DNA of 64,000 nt from Gemmatimonadaceae bacterium (GCA_040902005.1 JBBDYA010000045.1:90757-154756); one strand, 5' to 3'; shown: positions 1 through 10,719, counted from the first letter of the stretch. The notes: generated by a model not told the origin, from the letters alone. A program made the numbers and translations.

Positions 1-43
1 GCCCCCGTTTCCATTCCGCTAACCGGTCGTCAATCGGGTTGCC

Positions 44-1159
44 ATGCGTACATCACTCCGATGCCTCTTGTCAGCGGTGGCTGCCGGTGCGTTGACGGCC
101 CTCCCGCTCTCCGCGCAGGATCCCGCGGCTCCTCCGCCGCGAACCCACACCGTGGTGCGGGGGGACAACCTCTGGGACCTGTCCGCGCGCTACCTCGGGA
201 ATCCATTCCTCTGGCCCGAGATCTACCGCCTGAACCGGGACGTTGTCGAGGACCCGCACTGGATCTATCCAGGCGAGGTCCTGAGGCTGCCGGGAGGCGA
301 GGAGATCATCGCGGAGGTGCCGGGACCGGAGCTGCCGCAGACGCCAGGGGAGCCGGAGCCATTGAGTCCGGCCGAGCAGACCGTGTTCACGAAGGTTCGT
401 CCCGCTCCTGACTCGGTGCCGACCCTCTTCGTCGCTGGACTGGCTGATCCGGTCAGAACCACGGTGCGTGCGGGTGAAGTGATCGCCGCGCCGTTTGTGG
501 ACCGGGAAGGAGGCCCGCGAGGGTTCGGACGAATCCTCAAATCGGGCGACCTGCCGGGAATCGCCCAGGCCTCCGACCGCTTCCGGTTTCAGGCCTATGA
601 CCGGATCTTCATCGCACCCCCGGTCGGCCATGTCGCGGCCGAGGGCGAGCGATATCTGGCCTACAAGCTGGGCCCCATGCTGGAAGGCCAGGGCCAGGTG
701 ATGATTCCCACGGGTATTGTGGAAGTGACGCGGTCAGCGCGGTCGGAAACGGCGGCGGTGGCGAAAGTGGTTCGCGCGTTCACCGAAGTAACGGCGAGCG
801 ACCGCCTGATCCCGCTGGACACGGCTGGCGTCGGAACGACCGACCGCCCGGTCGCGGTCGCGGATGGGCCGTCGACGACGATCAAGTGGATCTATGGCGA
901 GCCCGTGCTGCCGAGTGTTCAGAGCTTCGTCGTGCTCGGCGTGTCGTCCCGCAACGGCGTGCGCATGGGCGACGAGTTCCTGGTCTACCATCCGGCGACA
1001 GCCGCCACGGAGCGTCAGCTCGGTGATCCCGAGATTCCGATTTCCCGCATGCAGGTTGTGCGATCGACGCCATTTGGCGTGACCGCCGTCATCCTTGGCC
1101 AGGACCAGCCTGCGATCAAGCAGGGCATGAATGCGCGCGTCCTGGCGCGGATGCCGTAA
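44..1159 (+). CDS. LysM peptidoglycan-binding domain protein, secreted
   Basis: Signal peptide, then LysM motif HTVVRGDNLWDLSARYLGNPFLWPEIYRLN...PHWIYPGEVLRLP. Confidence 0.85.
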   Translation: MRTSLRCLLSAVAAGALTALPLSAQDPAAPPPRTHTVVRGDNLWDLSARYLGNPFLWPEIYRLNRDVVEDPHWIYPGEVLRLPGGEEIIAEVPGPELPQTPGEPEPLSPAEQTVFTKVRPAPDSVPTLFVAGLADPVRTTVRAGEVIAAPFVDREGGPRGFGRILKSGDLPGIAQASDRFRFQAYDRIFIAPPVGHVAAEGERYLAYKLGPMLEGQGQVMIPTGIVEVTRSARSETAAVAKVVRAFTEVTASDRLIPLDTAGVGTTDRPVAVADGPSTTIKWIYGEPVLPSVQSFVVLGVSSRNGVRMGDEFLVYHPATAATERQLGDPEIPISRMQVVRSTPFGVTAVILGQDQPAIKQGMNARVLARMP

Positions 1160-1182
1160 GGACCCGCGGCCCCCCGCACGAG

Positions 1183-1229
1183 AACGCCGACTGGCGGCGG
1201 CACGCTAACGTCAGTCGGCGTTTAGATTT
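1183..1229 (+). terminator. Probable intrinsic terminator hairpin after the LysM gene
   Basis: Inverted repeat AACGCCGACTGGCG / CGTCAGTCGGCGTT running into TTTAGATTT. Confidence 0.5.
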
Positions 1230-1266
1230 GCCCCTCGAACGCCACGTTTTGACCAGGGGTTAGAGT

Positions 1267-2238
1267 TTGGCCGAACGCGCACTCATAACTGGCGGTGCCG
1301 GTTTCATCGGCTCGCACGTCAGCGAGCTGTTTCTCGACCGCGGATGGTCGGTCGAGGTCATCGACGATCTCTCGACCGGCAAGCGCGAGAATTTGCCATC
1401 GGAGGCGTCCCTGCACGTCATGGATGTCCGCGCTGCCGACGCAGCGGGGGTGGTCGAGAGCGGCGCGTTCGACGCGATCATTCACCTGGCTGGGCAGATG
1501 GACGTGCGACGCAGCGTGGCGGACCCGGTGTTCGACGCCAGCGTGAACATCGTCGGCACGCTGAACCTCGTCGAGGCGCTGCGGCGGTCCGCCACCGCGG
1601 CCACCTGCCGGTTCGTGTTTTCCTCGACGGGAGGCGTGCTGTACGGCGACTTCGTGACGCCGCCCAATGTCGAGACGTTCGCCAAGGATCCGGAATCCCC
1701 CTACGCGATCTCGAAGCTGAGCGTGGAGTACTACCTCGCATACTATGCGCGCGTGCGCGGGCTGGACACGGTCGCCCTCCGGTACGGCAATGTCTACGGG
1801 CCGCGCCAGGATCCACACGGCGAGGCCGGCGTGGTCGCCATTTTCTGCGGACGGATTCTCGAGGGGCAGCCCCTGATCATTTTCGGCGACGGACTCCAGA
1901 CGCGTGATTATGTGTACGTCGGGGATGTCGCGGGGGCGACGTATCTGGCGGCGACGTCCACGCTTCCCCCGCCCCAGCGACTCGATGCGCGGGCGTTCAA
2001 CATCGGCACCGGGGTGGGCACGCCGGTCATCGGCATTGCCAACATGCTCCTGGCCGCGGCCGAGTCGGATCTCCCGGTCCAGTATGCGCCGCCGCGACCG
2101 GGGGAACAGCAGCATTCGTTCGTGAACGCCGCCAAGGCGGCCGAATTGCTCGGCTGGCACCCGGCGAAGCCTCTCGATCAGGGGCTTGTGGAGAGCTTCC
2201 GATGGTTTGAATCACGCCTGCGGTCGGTTCCGGCATGA
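1267..2238 (+). CDS. NAD-dependent epimerase/dehydratase (UDP-glucose 4-epimerase-like)
   Basis: TGGAGFIG Rossmann motif, YAISK catalytic YxxxK, RYGNVYGPRQ, QTRDYVYVGD; TTG start. Confidence 0.85.
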   Translation: MAERALITGGAGFIGSHVSELFLDRGWSVEVIDDLSTGKRENLPSEASLHVMDVRAADAAGVVESGAFDAIIHLAGQMDVRRSVADPVFDASVNIVGTLNLVEALRRSATAATCRFVFSSTGGVLYGDFVTPPNVETFAKDPESPYAISKLSVEYYLAYYARVRGLDTVALRYGNVYGPRQDPHGEAGVVAIFCGRILEGQPLIIFGDGLQTRDYVYVGDVAGATYLAATSTLPPPQRLDARAFNIGTGVGTPVIGIANMLLAAAESDLPVQYAPPRPGEQQHSFVNAAKAAELLGWHPAKPLDQGLVESFRWFESRLRSVPA

Positions 2239-2987
2239 ACGTGATCCTGGCCGCGGTGCTGCAGGTGCAGGGCGCCGTCCCGATGACGCCGATGGATCTC
2301 GTCCGGCAGTCGACGGTCGTCACGCAGTTCGTGCTCGTCGTGCTCATCGTGCTGTCGCTGATCAGCTGGACGGTGATCTTCGCGGTGTGGATCAACCTCG
2401 CGATCGCCAATCGCCGCGCCAGCCGCTTCAGTCTCGACTTCGATCGGGTGCGCCGGCTGGACGAGGCGAATGCGCTCGCGCGCCGATCGGGGAAGAACGC
2501 GCTCGCCAGAATCTTTCTGCTCGCTTCGCACTTCATCGTGGAAGTCCGTGGCGCCGCCCTCCGGATCAAGGAAACCGTCACGGCGGAGACGGGTACGACC
2601 CCCAACTCGACGTTGACGGGATCGCAACTGGAGGCATTGCACCTGCTGCTCGATGCGCAGTCGGACGAGGAGCGTGATCGGCTGGGGAAGCACATCCCGT
2701 GGCTCGCGACCATCGCGTCCGTCAGTCCGCTGCTGGGGCTGTTGGGCACGGTGCTGGGCGTGATCCAGGCGTTCATCGGAATCGCCACCAAAGGGTCGGG
2801 CAACCTGGCGGCGGTCGCCCCTGGCGTCGCGGAGGCGCTGATCGCAACGGCGGCGTCGCTCGCAGTCGCCATCCCCGCCACCTTCGGGTACAACATCCTG
2901 GCCAGCCGCATCAACCGGTTTGCGGGAACGATGGACCGCTTCAGCGCCTCGGTCATCGCGCGCTTCGTTCGAGAAGGGCAGATCTAG
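2235..2987 (+). CDS. tolQ: TolQ (MotA/TolQ/ExbB proton channel)
   Basis: LATIASVSPLLGLLGTVLGVI and APGVAEALIATAASLAVAIPA; tol-pal context. Confidence 0.85.
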   Translation: MNVILAAVLQVQGAVPMTPMDLVRQSTVVTQFVLVVLIVLSLISWTVIFAVWINLAIANRRASRFSLDFDRVRRLDEANALARRSGKNALARIFLLASHFIVEVRGAALRIKETVTAETGTTPNSTLTGSQLEALHLLLDAQSDEERDRLGKHIPWLATIASVSPLLGLLGTVLGVIQAFIGIATKGSGNLAAVAPGVAEALIATAASLAVAIPATFGYNILASRINRFAGTMDRFSASVIARFVREGQI

Positions 2988-3401
2988 GTGTCCAGACGAC
3001 GCCGCGAGCGACTGGAACTGAATTCGGAGATCAACGTTGTGAACCTCATCGACGTGATGCTCCTGCTGCTCGTGGTGTTCATGATCACCGCCCCCATGAT
3101 GACCGGCGGTCTCGACATCCGGCTTCCGCCGGCCAACGCGCGGCCGCTCGAGACACGGAGCGGGCTGACCGTGAGCATCACGCGCGAGGGCCGGATACTG
3201 GTCGACGAGACGCCAATGTCATTCGAGGAATTCCGGACCGTGTTCCAGGCGATGGCCTCGGAGCGAGGCCAGCAGGGTCTCTACCTTCGCGCGGATGCGG
3301 GGGTGCAGTACGGTCTGGTCGTGCGGGTACTCGCAACGATGCGCGCGGCGGGCGTCGGCGATGTTGGTCTGATGACGGAACCGGAGGAGATCTCACCGTG
3401 A
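2988..3401 (+). CDS. tolR: TolR (ExbD/TolR family)
   Basis: EINVVNLIDVMLLLLVVFMITAPM and LRADAGVQYG motifs; GTG start. Confidence 0.85.
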   Translation: MSRRRRERLELNSEINVVNLIDVMLLLLVVFMITAPMMTGGLDIRLPPANARPLETRSGLTVSITREGRILVDETPMSFEEFRTVFQAMASERGQQGLYLRADAGVQYGLVVRVLATMRAAGVGDVGLMTEPEEISP

Positions 3402-4099
3402 GTGCCGGCGCTGAAGTGGCGCGGGGCATCGGCGGGTATGCGTCGTTGGGCGCCTCCGTGCTGCTCCATGCCGGTCTCATCACCGCGTTCCTTGTCATGC
3501 GCCCTGCTCCGGCCCCAGCAACGCCCGACTTCTACCGGGTGAATCTGGTGGCGGCGCCGTCGGGAGAACGAGCGGTCGGTGTAGTGACGCCCACAACCAC
3601 GCCGGTGGAGGCGACGCCGCCGGCGCCTCCGCGTCCCAAGACGGATGAGGTCGCGCCGGTCCCCACGAAGACGGCGCCCCGGGTCGCAGATCGACGGGCG
3701 ACGCCGAGCGTTTCCGAGAAGCGTGTCGCGCGCAACCTGCCCGCTCCGGTCGCGGGGGGCGGCGCCGACGGCGGCGCGGGCACCGACGTGCAGAACATCC
3801 GCATCGAGGGGATCGAGTTTCCCTTCCAGGGGTACCTCGACAACATCGTGCGTCAGATCGCGCTCCGCTTTCATCCCCCTCGCGGCCGGGCGCTCTCGGC
3901 CGAGGTGGTGTTCCTGATTCGCCGGGATGGCAGTGTGATTGGGGTGCGATTCGCCAAACGATCCGGGTCGTACACCTTCGACCTCGAGGCGCAGGGTGCT
4001 GTCGAGTCGGCGGCATCGGCATTCGGACCGCTCCCGGCGGGATTCAGGGACGACGTCCTTCCCGTCACCTTCAGCTTTGATCCCAGCCTGGCCCGGTGA
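3398..4099 (+). CDS. TolA/TonB-like energy transducer
   Basis: GTG at 3398 overlaps the tolR stop; TM helix with SVLLH motif, Pro-rich linker, TonB_C-like end (RDGSV...SGSYTFD). Confidence 0.75.
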   Translation: MSAGAEVARGIGGYASLGASVLLHAGLITAFLVMRPAPAPATPDFYRVNLVAAPSGERAVGVVTPTTTPVEATPPAPPRPKTDEVAPVPTKTAPRVADRRATPSVSEKRVARNLPAPVAGGGADGGAGTDVQNIRIEGIEFPFQGYLDNIVRQIALRFHPPRGRALSAEVVFLIRRDGSVIGVRFAKRSGSYTFDLEAQGAVESAASAFGPLPAGFRDDVLPVTFSFDPSLAR

Positions 4100-5406
4100 T
4101 GTCTCGATTTCCGATTGGAGTGGTGGTGGCCGCGTGGATGCTGGCGCTGGCTGGTGCGCTTGGCGCACAGGTGGATACCGCTCGCGGGGTGCGCATCGGT
4201 CTCCGGTATGATCCCGGGAGCAAGCCTGCCGTGGTTGTGATGCCGGTCACAGGACCGTCGGGCGACTCGATCCGGACCATCATCGAACGCGACTTCGACT
4301 ACTCGAACCGGATCACGGTGCGGACGGTAGCCCAGGACGCGTCATACTCGGCGCCGCAGGCTGGAGGCGCGACGAGGCTGAACTATCCCATCTTTGCCGC
4401 GATGGGGGCAGTGGCGGTCGTGCAGATCACCCCCACCGAGTCGGGACTGCATGTCGTGCTGCACGATGTCGGTCGCGCGGACGTGGTGAGCGTGAATGAC
4501 TTTCCCATGCCGGAGCCGGCGCTGGGACGCGACTGGCGGATGGCGCTACACGGCATCGCCGATCGTCTGGAAGAGTGGACGACCGGGCAGCGTGGCATGT
4601 CGCAGTCACGCATCGCGTTCATTCGGGGCAGTGTCATTCGCATCGTCGACAGCGACGGATACGGCGAGCATGCCATTCCGGTCGTGGGGGCCGCCATGTC
4701 ACCGGCCTGGCATCCCTCCGGTTCGATGATCGCGTACAACACGTTCGGACCGGGTTCGCGCATCGTGCTGCACGACCTCCGTACGGATCGGGTGCGGGAA
4801 TTCGGCGCGCAGCGGAACGCGACGAACCTCACGCCGGTGTTCACGCCGGACGGGCAGTCGATCGTGTACTCCCTGAGCACCGAGAATGGGGCGGATCTCT
4901 ATCTTCGGACCCTGGAAGGGGATGCGTTCCCCCGCCGCATGACGGTGGGGCGCGGATCGGAGAACGTGCAGCCATCGTTCAGCCCCGACGGCAGCCGGAT
5001 TGCATTCATGTCGGACCGCTCTGGAAACCCCCAAGTGTATATTATGGATGCCGACGGCACGAACGCCGATATCTTTACGGCGTTTGACTTTGGCGATCAG
5101 AACTACCGGGCCGGCCCGGACTGGTCTCCTGACGGTCGTCAGGTCACGTTTCAGACACGTATTGACAGCCGGTTTCAGATCTTCACCATGACCCTTCGGG
5201 ATCGGCAGCCACGGCAGCTGACCAGCGAGGGGGAGAACGAAGAGCCCTCGTGGGCGCCAGATGGTCGGCACGTCGTGTTCGTGTCGACGCGCAGTGGAAC
5301 TCGACAACTTTGGATTCTGGACACGGAGTCCGGGCGGCTTCGCCAGCTGACGCAGGTTGGCGGGTCCAGACTACCGGCATGGTCGCCGCGGTTGGTCACG
5401 CCGTAA
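4099..5406 (+). CDS. tolB: TolB beta-propeller periplasmic protein
   Basis: Signal peptide; PD40 repeats SPAWHPSG, PSFSPDG, PDWSPDG, PSWAPDG. Confidence 0.85.
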   Translation: MSRFPIGVVVAAWMLALAGALGAQVDTARGVRIGLRYDPGSKPAVVVMPVTGPSGDSIRTIIERDFDYSNRITVRTVAQDASYSAPQAGGATRLNYPIFAAMGAVAVVQITPTESGLHVVLHDVGRADVVSVNDFPMPEPALGRDWRMALHGIADRLEEWTTGQRGMSQSRIAFIRGSVIRIVDSDGYGEHAIPVVGAAMSPAWHPSGSMIAYNTFGPGSRIVLHDLRTDRVREFGAQRNATNLTPVFTPDGQSIVYSLSTENGADLYLRTLEGDAFPRRMTVGRGSENVQPSFSPDGSRIAFMSDRSGNPQVYIMDADGTNADIFTAFDFGDQNYRAGPDWSPDGRQVTFQTRIDSRFQIFTMTLRDRQPRQLTSEGENEEPSWAPDGRHVVFVSTRSGTRQLWILDTESGRLRQLTQVGGSRLPAWSPRLVTP

Positions 5407-5477
5407 TCGTGACCTCGCTCCGGCATCGCCGTCTAGCAAGAGCATCTGTGCTTCGAACCCCATAACCCCTTCGACCG

Positions 5478-6104
5478 ATGACTGTTACCAAGCGTATTGT
5501 CCCGGTGGTACTCGTGCTGTTCTCTGTGGCCGCGCTCGACGCGTGCCGCAGCGCCCCGCCGCCCCCGGTCGTACCAGCCGTTGACACCGCCGGGGAGCGT
5601 ATGGCGCGGGAAGCGGCCCTGGAGTCTCAGCGGGCCGCCGCGGCCGCGGCTGCCGCCGCCGCGCGCCAGCGAGCCGTGGATGACAGCATCGCCCGGGTCC
5701 GAGCCATGGAAGACGCGGCGCGGCGCGAATCGGAGATGCTGCGGAACACGGTGACGATGGTCATCAATTTCGACTTCAATCGCGCGACACTGCGTGACGA
5801 AGCGCGCGCGGCGCTCGACGCGAAGCTGCCGATCCTCCTCGCCAATCCGAACGTCGCGATTCGGATTTCGGGACACGCAGACGAGCGGGGGTCCTCGGAG
5901 TACAACCTGGCACTCGGCTCGCGTCGCGCAGCGACGGCCAAGCGCTATCTGGTGGAGCGGGGCGTGGCCGAGTCGCGCATTGAAACGACCAGTTTCGGTG
6001 AGGAGCGCCCGGTGTGCACCGACTCGAACGAAGGCTGCTGGATGCAGAACCGGCGCGATGAGTTCGAGATCACGGCCGGCGGCCCGATGCTGATGCGGCC
6101 GTAG
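5478..6104 (+). CDS. pal: Peptidoglycan-associated lipoprotein Pal (OmpA family)
   Basis: Lipobox LDAC; GHADERGSSEYNLALGSRRA; SFGEERP; QNRRDEF. Confidence 0.9.
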   Translation: MTVTKRIVPVVLVLFSVAALDACRSAPPPPVVPAVDTAGERMAREAALESQRAAAAAAAAAARQRAVDDSIARVRAMEDAARRESEMLRNTVTMVINFDFNRATLRDEARAALDAKLPILLANPNVAIRISGHADERGSSEYNLALGSRRAATAKRYLVERGVAESRIETTSFGEERPVCTDSNEGCWMQNRRDEFEITAGGPMLMRP

Positions 6105-6109
6105 TTCGA

Positions 6110-6862
6110 ATGAGTCGTTTGCGGTACCTGGCACCGGTGGCGGCGTTTGCCGCCACCGCGTGCTTCGCAAGCAAGGCGGATGTCGTGCTGTTGCAGGATG
6201 AGATGCGCACGCTGCGCGCCATGCAGGCCCGGGCGGACAGTGCACGGCAGGCGCAGTCTGATTCGCTGATGGTGTTGTTCGCGCGGAACAACGACTCGCT
6301 GCGCGCTTTTTCGCAGCGCTTCGGCTCCTTCCAGGCGAACGTCGGCGGCGAGCTGTTCGAGATGGGCAAGCAGCTGATCACGATTCAGGAGCTCGCCGGC
6401 ATGAGCTCCAGGCGCATCATGGAACTGCGGTCGACCATGGAGGAGCGTGGACAGACGCTCGCGCCGGCGGACACGGTGGTGGCGCCGCCTGGGCCGGCAC
6501 AGCTCTTTCAGTCGGCCTACACACAGCTCACGCGTGGCAGTTACGGCACGGCGCGGCAGGGATTCGAGGAGCTGCTGAGGCAGTACCCCGATTTCGATCA
6601 GGCGTCCATGGCCCTGCTGTACATCGGACAGTCGTATGCGCAGGAGCAGCGGATCGCGGAGGCGGATTCGGTGTATTCGCTCGTGGTCGTACGGTATCCG
6701 CGATCGCCGGATGCCGCGACGGCGCTGTACAAGTACGGCATCTCGCAGTTGAGTCAGGGCAGGACGGCGGCCGGACGGGCGGCGCTGCAGCGCGTGGTCA
6801 AGGACTTTCCCGAGAGCACGGAAGCCGAACTCGCGACGGACCGGCTGAGAACGATCCGATAA
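6110..6862 (+). CDS. cpoB: Tol-Pal system protein CpoB/YbgF (coiled coil plus TPR)
   Basis: Lipoprotein-type signal, coiled coil, C-terminal TPRs (RYPRSPDAATALYK); follows pal. Confidence 0.75.
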   Translation: MSRLRYLAPVAAFAATACFASKADVVLLQDEMRTLRAMQARADSARQAQSDSLMVLFARNNDSLRAFSQRFGSFQANVGGELFEMGKQLITIQELAGMSSRRIMELRSTMEERGQTLAPADTVVAPPGPAQLFQSAYTQLTRGSYGTARQGFEELLRQYPDFDQASMALLYIGQSYAQEQRIAEADSVYSLVVVRYPRSPDAATALYKYGISQLSQGRTAAGRAALQRVVKDFPESTEAELATDRLRTIR

Positions 6863-6936
6863 CGTATCACCCGCTGCGCGCGCCCTGCCCGCGACGTGCG
6901 GTGGTGGCGGGCTACATCGCACGACGGGGCGCACCG

Positions 6937-7716
6937 ATGGCGAGAACACCGACCGGCGAAATGCCATTCCTCGACCACCTCGAGGAGCTTCGCTGGCGTA
7001 TTGTGTGGTCGTTGGGCGCACTGCTGATCGGGTTCGCCATCGGATTCACGCTGGTGGTCAAGTTCCAATTGATCCGCGTGCTGCAGGAGCCGATCACGCC
7101 CTATCTGCCCGGGAAACTGATCTACACCAGCCCCGGGGACCCGTTCTCCATCACGGTCAGCGTGGCGCTGATAGCGGGCATCATCTTCGCGTCGCCCGTG
7201 ATCATCTATCACGTGTGGGCATTCCTCTCCCCGGCGCTCCACCGGCACGAGAAGCGCGTGGTCATTCCAGTCATCGCCGGCGCGGTGCTGCTGTTCGTTG
7301 CGGGCGTGGCGATGGCGTGGTTCTGGGTGCTGCCCATGCTCCTCGGCTTCCTGATGACGTTTCAGGTGGACTCGCTCGATGCCATGATCTCGGCGCCCGG
7401 CTATTTCGGATTCGTCATCGGGTTGGCCCTCACGTTCGGCGCGGCGTTCGAGCTGCCGGTGCTGATCCTGGCACTCGCGGCGTTAGGACTCGTCACGCCC
7501 CGGTTCCTGTCGCGGTTCCGGCCGTACGCACTGGTACTCGCGTTCGCGCTCAGCGCGTTCGTCACCCCCGGGGACGTGCTGCTGGCCAGCGTCGCCCTGA
7601 CCGCGCCGCTGTATCTTCTCTACGAACTCAGTATCCTGCTGACGCTGCTGGTGTTCAGGAAGCGTTACGCCAACAGCATTGCGGGTGACCGCGCGCCCGC
7701 GGGTGAGGCGGCGTGA
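6937..7716 (+). CDS. tatC: Twin-arginine translocase subunit TatC
   Basis: EMPFLDHLEELRWRI, WAFLSPAL, FELPV, PLYLLYELSI. Confidence 0.92.
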   Translation: MARTPTGEMPFLDHLEELRWRIVWSLGALLIGFAIGFTLVVKFQLIRVLQEPITPYLPGKLIYTSPGDPFSITVSVALIAGIIFASPVIIYHVWAFLSPALHRHEKRVVIPVIAGAVLLFVAGVAMAWFWVLPMLLGFLMTFQVDSLDAMISAPGYFGFVIGLALTFGAAFELPVLILALAALGLVTPRFLSRFRPYALVLAFALSAFVTPGDVLLASVALTAPLYLLYELSILLTLLVFRKRYANSIAGDRAPAGEAA

Positions 7717-10676
7717 TCCGCCGACGCGCGTTGCGGGTGCTGTTGCTGGCCGGCCTGGCTCCGGCCGGACTGGCTGCGCAGGTCAAGCCCGTGCCCGCAC
7801 CGGACACGACAGCAAGGGCTCGAGTGGCCCAACCACCCGGGGCGGGGATGCAGCGCGCCGCGCCGACGGGGATTCCGGGTGACACGACGGTCCGCGATAG
7901 TCTTGCCTGGTTGCCGCTCGATTCCGTGATGAGCGCGCTGCTTGCCAGGCCCGGCTACTCCGTGACGCGGTACGAGGGCGCGGTTGTCACCTTCGACGCA
8001 CTGAACGCCGCCTTCGCGCTGGCCGCAAGCGCCGCGCAGCGCGCGCAGGTGCAGCGGGAAGGACAGCTCGTCACCACGGATTCGGTCATTGTCTATCGTG
8101 ACCGCGTCGACAGTGTGCAGGTTGCCGGAAACTTCCAGATCATGCCGGGCGAAGGACAGCCGGCGATCGCCGGCTCGGGCACCGCGGCCTACAGTCTTGC
8201 CGACCGCGAGGGCGTGCTGACAAACGCGCGGGTGACGGTGGAGGAGTCGGGCGAACGCTGGTTCATCCAATCGGACATCGGGAAGACCGCGCTGGGCGAC
8301 AGCACGCGCGGCATTGCGTCACGGTTCTACGGGCGCGGCGGTTCGCTTACCAGCTGCGAGGACTCGATCCCCGACTACCACTTTCGCCTGCGCGAGATCA
8401 AGCGCACGGATGGCACCCTCGTCGCACGCCCCGCAGTCATGTATGTGGCCGACATCCCGGTGCTCTGGCTCCCCTTTGTGTTCCAGGACATCCGTCCGGG
8501 GCGCCGCAGCGGGGTGCTGCCACCGCGGTTCGGCGCGTCGGACATCGTGCGGAACAACCCGTCCTATCGGCGCCACGTCGAGAATGTGGGATACTATTGG
8601 GCGCTGAGCGACTACATGGATGCCACCACCTGGGCCGACTGGCGCAGCGGCGCGGGCGGCGACTCGCTTGATCCGGGGTGGTACCGCCTCAACGCGGAGT
8701 GGAAGTACACCTGGTCCTCCCGATTCCTCGACGGGCGTCTCGCCTCGTCGTACCAGCAGCAGAAGGACGGGGCCAACAACATGGCGGTGTCGTGGGACCA
8801 CCGGCAGCGCCTCGGTCGCGAACGCAATCTCACGGCCAGCATCAATTACGTCACCAGCACGCAGCTCCAACGCCAGAACGCGTTCAATCCAGCGCAAGCG
8901 ATGGCCACGATCCGGTCCTCGTTCACCTACGCCGACAAGATCGGCCCCGCCTCGCTGAACCTCGGCGGGACGCGCACCCAGTACCCCGGCCGCGAAACGA
9001 TCGAACAGTCACTGCCAACGCTTTCGATCAACACCGCGCCACTCGATCTGGCCTCGTGGCTCGTGTGGACACCGTCATTTTCGTTCAGCGAGACCTCCAC
9101 GCTGCACATCGATCAGCCGAGCACGTTCATGACGCGCGTTCGGCCGGGGACCAACGGGCAGGTCCTCGATACGCTGGATCGCAACAGGTACGCGCGGAGC
9201 ATCCAGGTCGGCTCGCCCATCGAGCTCTTCGGACTCAACCTGGCGAACAGCATTCGCATCACGGATACGTATCTCGACTATCCGGAGCTGAAGACGTTTT
9301 ATCTCGAGGCCGATTCCGCGCGTCGGGAGACTCGGGTCTTCGCGGAGACGTTCAAGACGGAAGTGGATTGGAATCCCTCGTTCTCCCTGCCGCCACTCTT
9401 TCAGAATCGGTACAAGCTGACGCCGAGTGTCAGCCTGGTAAACGTGGCGGGGGGGCCATTCTGGGTTCGCAGCGACCTGAGTGGCGGTGCGTGGGTGCAT
9501 CAGAACAAGCGGCTGGTGTATGGCCTGTCCGCGTCCCCCACGGTCTACGGGCTGTGGCCGGGCTTTGGCCCCTTTCAGCGCATACGCCATGCGGTGAGTC
9601 CGACGATTTCCTTCAACTTCGCGCCGGCGGCCGAGATCAATCGCGAGTACCTGGCCGCCATGGGACGCTCCTATCAGGTAGACCGCGGCGCGCTGCGGCA
9701 GAGCGCGATATCGCTGGGAATGTCCCAGGTGTTCGAGGCCAAGGTCGGGGGAGTGCTGGATTCAGCCGCGACTCCCGACGGACAGAAGCTCAAGCTGCTG
9801 AGCGCGCAATTCACGCCGCTGTCCTACGACTTCGAGCGCGCGCGCGTAGCGGGAAGGAGCCTCGCGGGATTGACCACGGAGAACCTCGGCCTGCGGGCGA
9901 CATCCGACCTGCTTCCCGGCTTCGATCTCTCCATGGACTACTCCCTCTTTCAGGGGAGCACGCAGACCGATACGGCCGACTTCAAGCCATTCCTGACGCG
10001 CGTTTCGTCCACCTTCCGCATCAGTCAGCGGGAGAACCCTTTCTCGGTCATCACTCGGCTGTTCGGCCGCGCCGTCCCGGATCAGAGCCCCAATCCGCTG
10101 GCTGGCGACCCGGCGGCTGGCGAACAGGAACAGGCACTGGCGCGCGAACTGGCGGCGCAACCGGTGGCGGGGCAGGCGGCCCGCGGCGCGCAGTTCGTGG
10201 TTCCGCCGGTCCGAGGGTGGGAGGCGAGCTTCACCTTCAGCACGTCGAAGACACGGCCGCCGCGCGGCGGGACGGTGATCGAGTTCGATCCGCGCATTCG
10301 CTGCGAGCCATACCGGACCCTTGATCAGTTCGCGTACGAAGCGTGCTTGCGCGCGCCGACGAACGAGGCGGCCATCCAGCCCACCACTGGCGGCGCTCCG
10401 TTCCTGCTGATGCCCGCCCAGACCTCCCTGGCAGGCAATTTCAACTTCGAGCTGACGCAGAAGTGGGCCGCCGCGTGGCAGACGAGCTACGATTTCGAGT
10501 TGCACCAGTTTGCCCAGCACGTGGTATCGCTCCAGCGGGACATGCACGACTTTCGGGCCGTGTTCGCGTTCACGAAGTCGCCGAACGGGAATTTCGCGTT
10601 CAACTTCTTCATCGCCCTCAAGCCACAGCCGGATCTCAAGTTCGACTACAGCCGCGCGACGGTTCGGGGTCAGTAG
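7713..10676 (+). CDS. Putative LPS-assembly outer membrane protein (LptD-like)
   Basis: Signal peptide; LTSCEDSIPDYHF, PVLWLPF, RRSGVLPP and C-terminal RDMHDF; large beta-rich body. Confidence 0.7.
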   Translation: MIRRRALRVLLLAGLAPAGLAAQVKPVPAPDTTARARVAQPPGAGMQRAAPTGIPGDTTVRDSLAWLPLDSVMSALLARPGYSVTRYEGAVVTFDALNAAFALAASAAQRAQVQREGQLVTTDSVIVYRDRVDSVQVAGNFQIMPGEGQPAIAGSGTAAYSLADREGVLTNARVTVEESGERWFIQSDIGKTALGDSTRGIASRFYGRGGSLTSCEDSIPDYHFRLREIKRTDGTLVARPAVMYVADIPVLWLPFVFQDIRPGRRSGVLPPRFGASDIVRNNPSYRRHVENVGYYWALSDYMDATTWADWRSGAGGDSLDPGWYRLNAEWKYTWSSRFLDGRLASSYQQQKDGANNMAVSWDHRQRLGRERNLTASINYVTSTQLQRQNAFNPAQAMATIRSSFTYADKIGPASLNLGGTRTQYPGRETIEQSLPTLSINTAPLDLASWLVWTPSFSFSETSTLHIDQPSTFMTRVRPGTNGQVLDTLDRNRYARSIQVGSPIELFGLNLANSIRITDTYLDYPELKTFYLEADSARRETRVFAETFKTEVDWNPSFSLPPLFQNRYKLTPSVSLVNVAGGPFWVRSDLSGGAWVHQNKRLVYGLSASPTVYGLWPGFGPFQRIRHAVSPTISFNFAPAAEINREYLAAMGRSYQVDRGALRQSAISLGMSQVFEAKVGGVLDSAATPDGQKLKLLSAQFTPLSYDFERARVAGRSLAGLTTENLGLRATSDLLPGFDLSMDYSLFQGSTQTDTADFKPFLTRVSSTFRISQRENPFSVITRLFGRAVPDQSPNPLAGDPAAGEQEQALARELAAQPVAGQAARGAQFVVPPVRGWEASFTFSTSKTRPPRGGTVIEFDPRIRCEPYRTLDQFAYEACLRAPTNEAAIQPTTGGAPFLLMPAQTSLAGNFNFELTQKWAAAWQTSYDFELHQFAQHVVSLQRDMHDFRAVFAFTKSPNGNFAFNFFIALKPQPDLKFDYSRATVRGQ

Positions 10677-10719
10677 GGGCGACACGCAGTCCGTGCGTCG
10701 CGAACGTTCATGACCGGCC

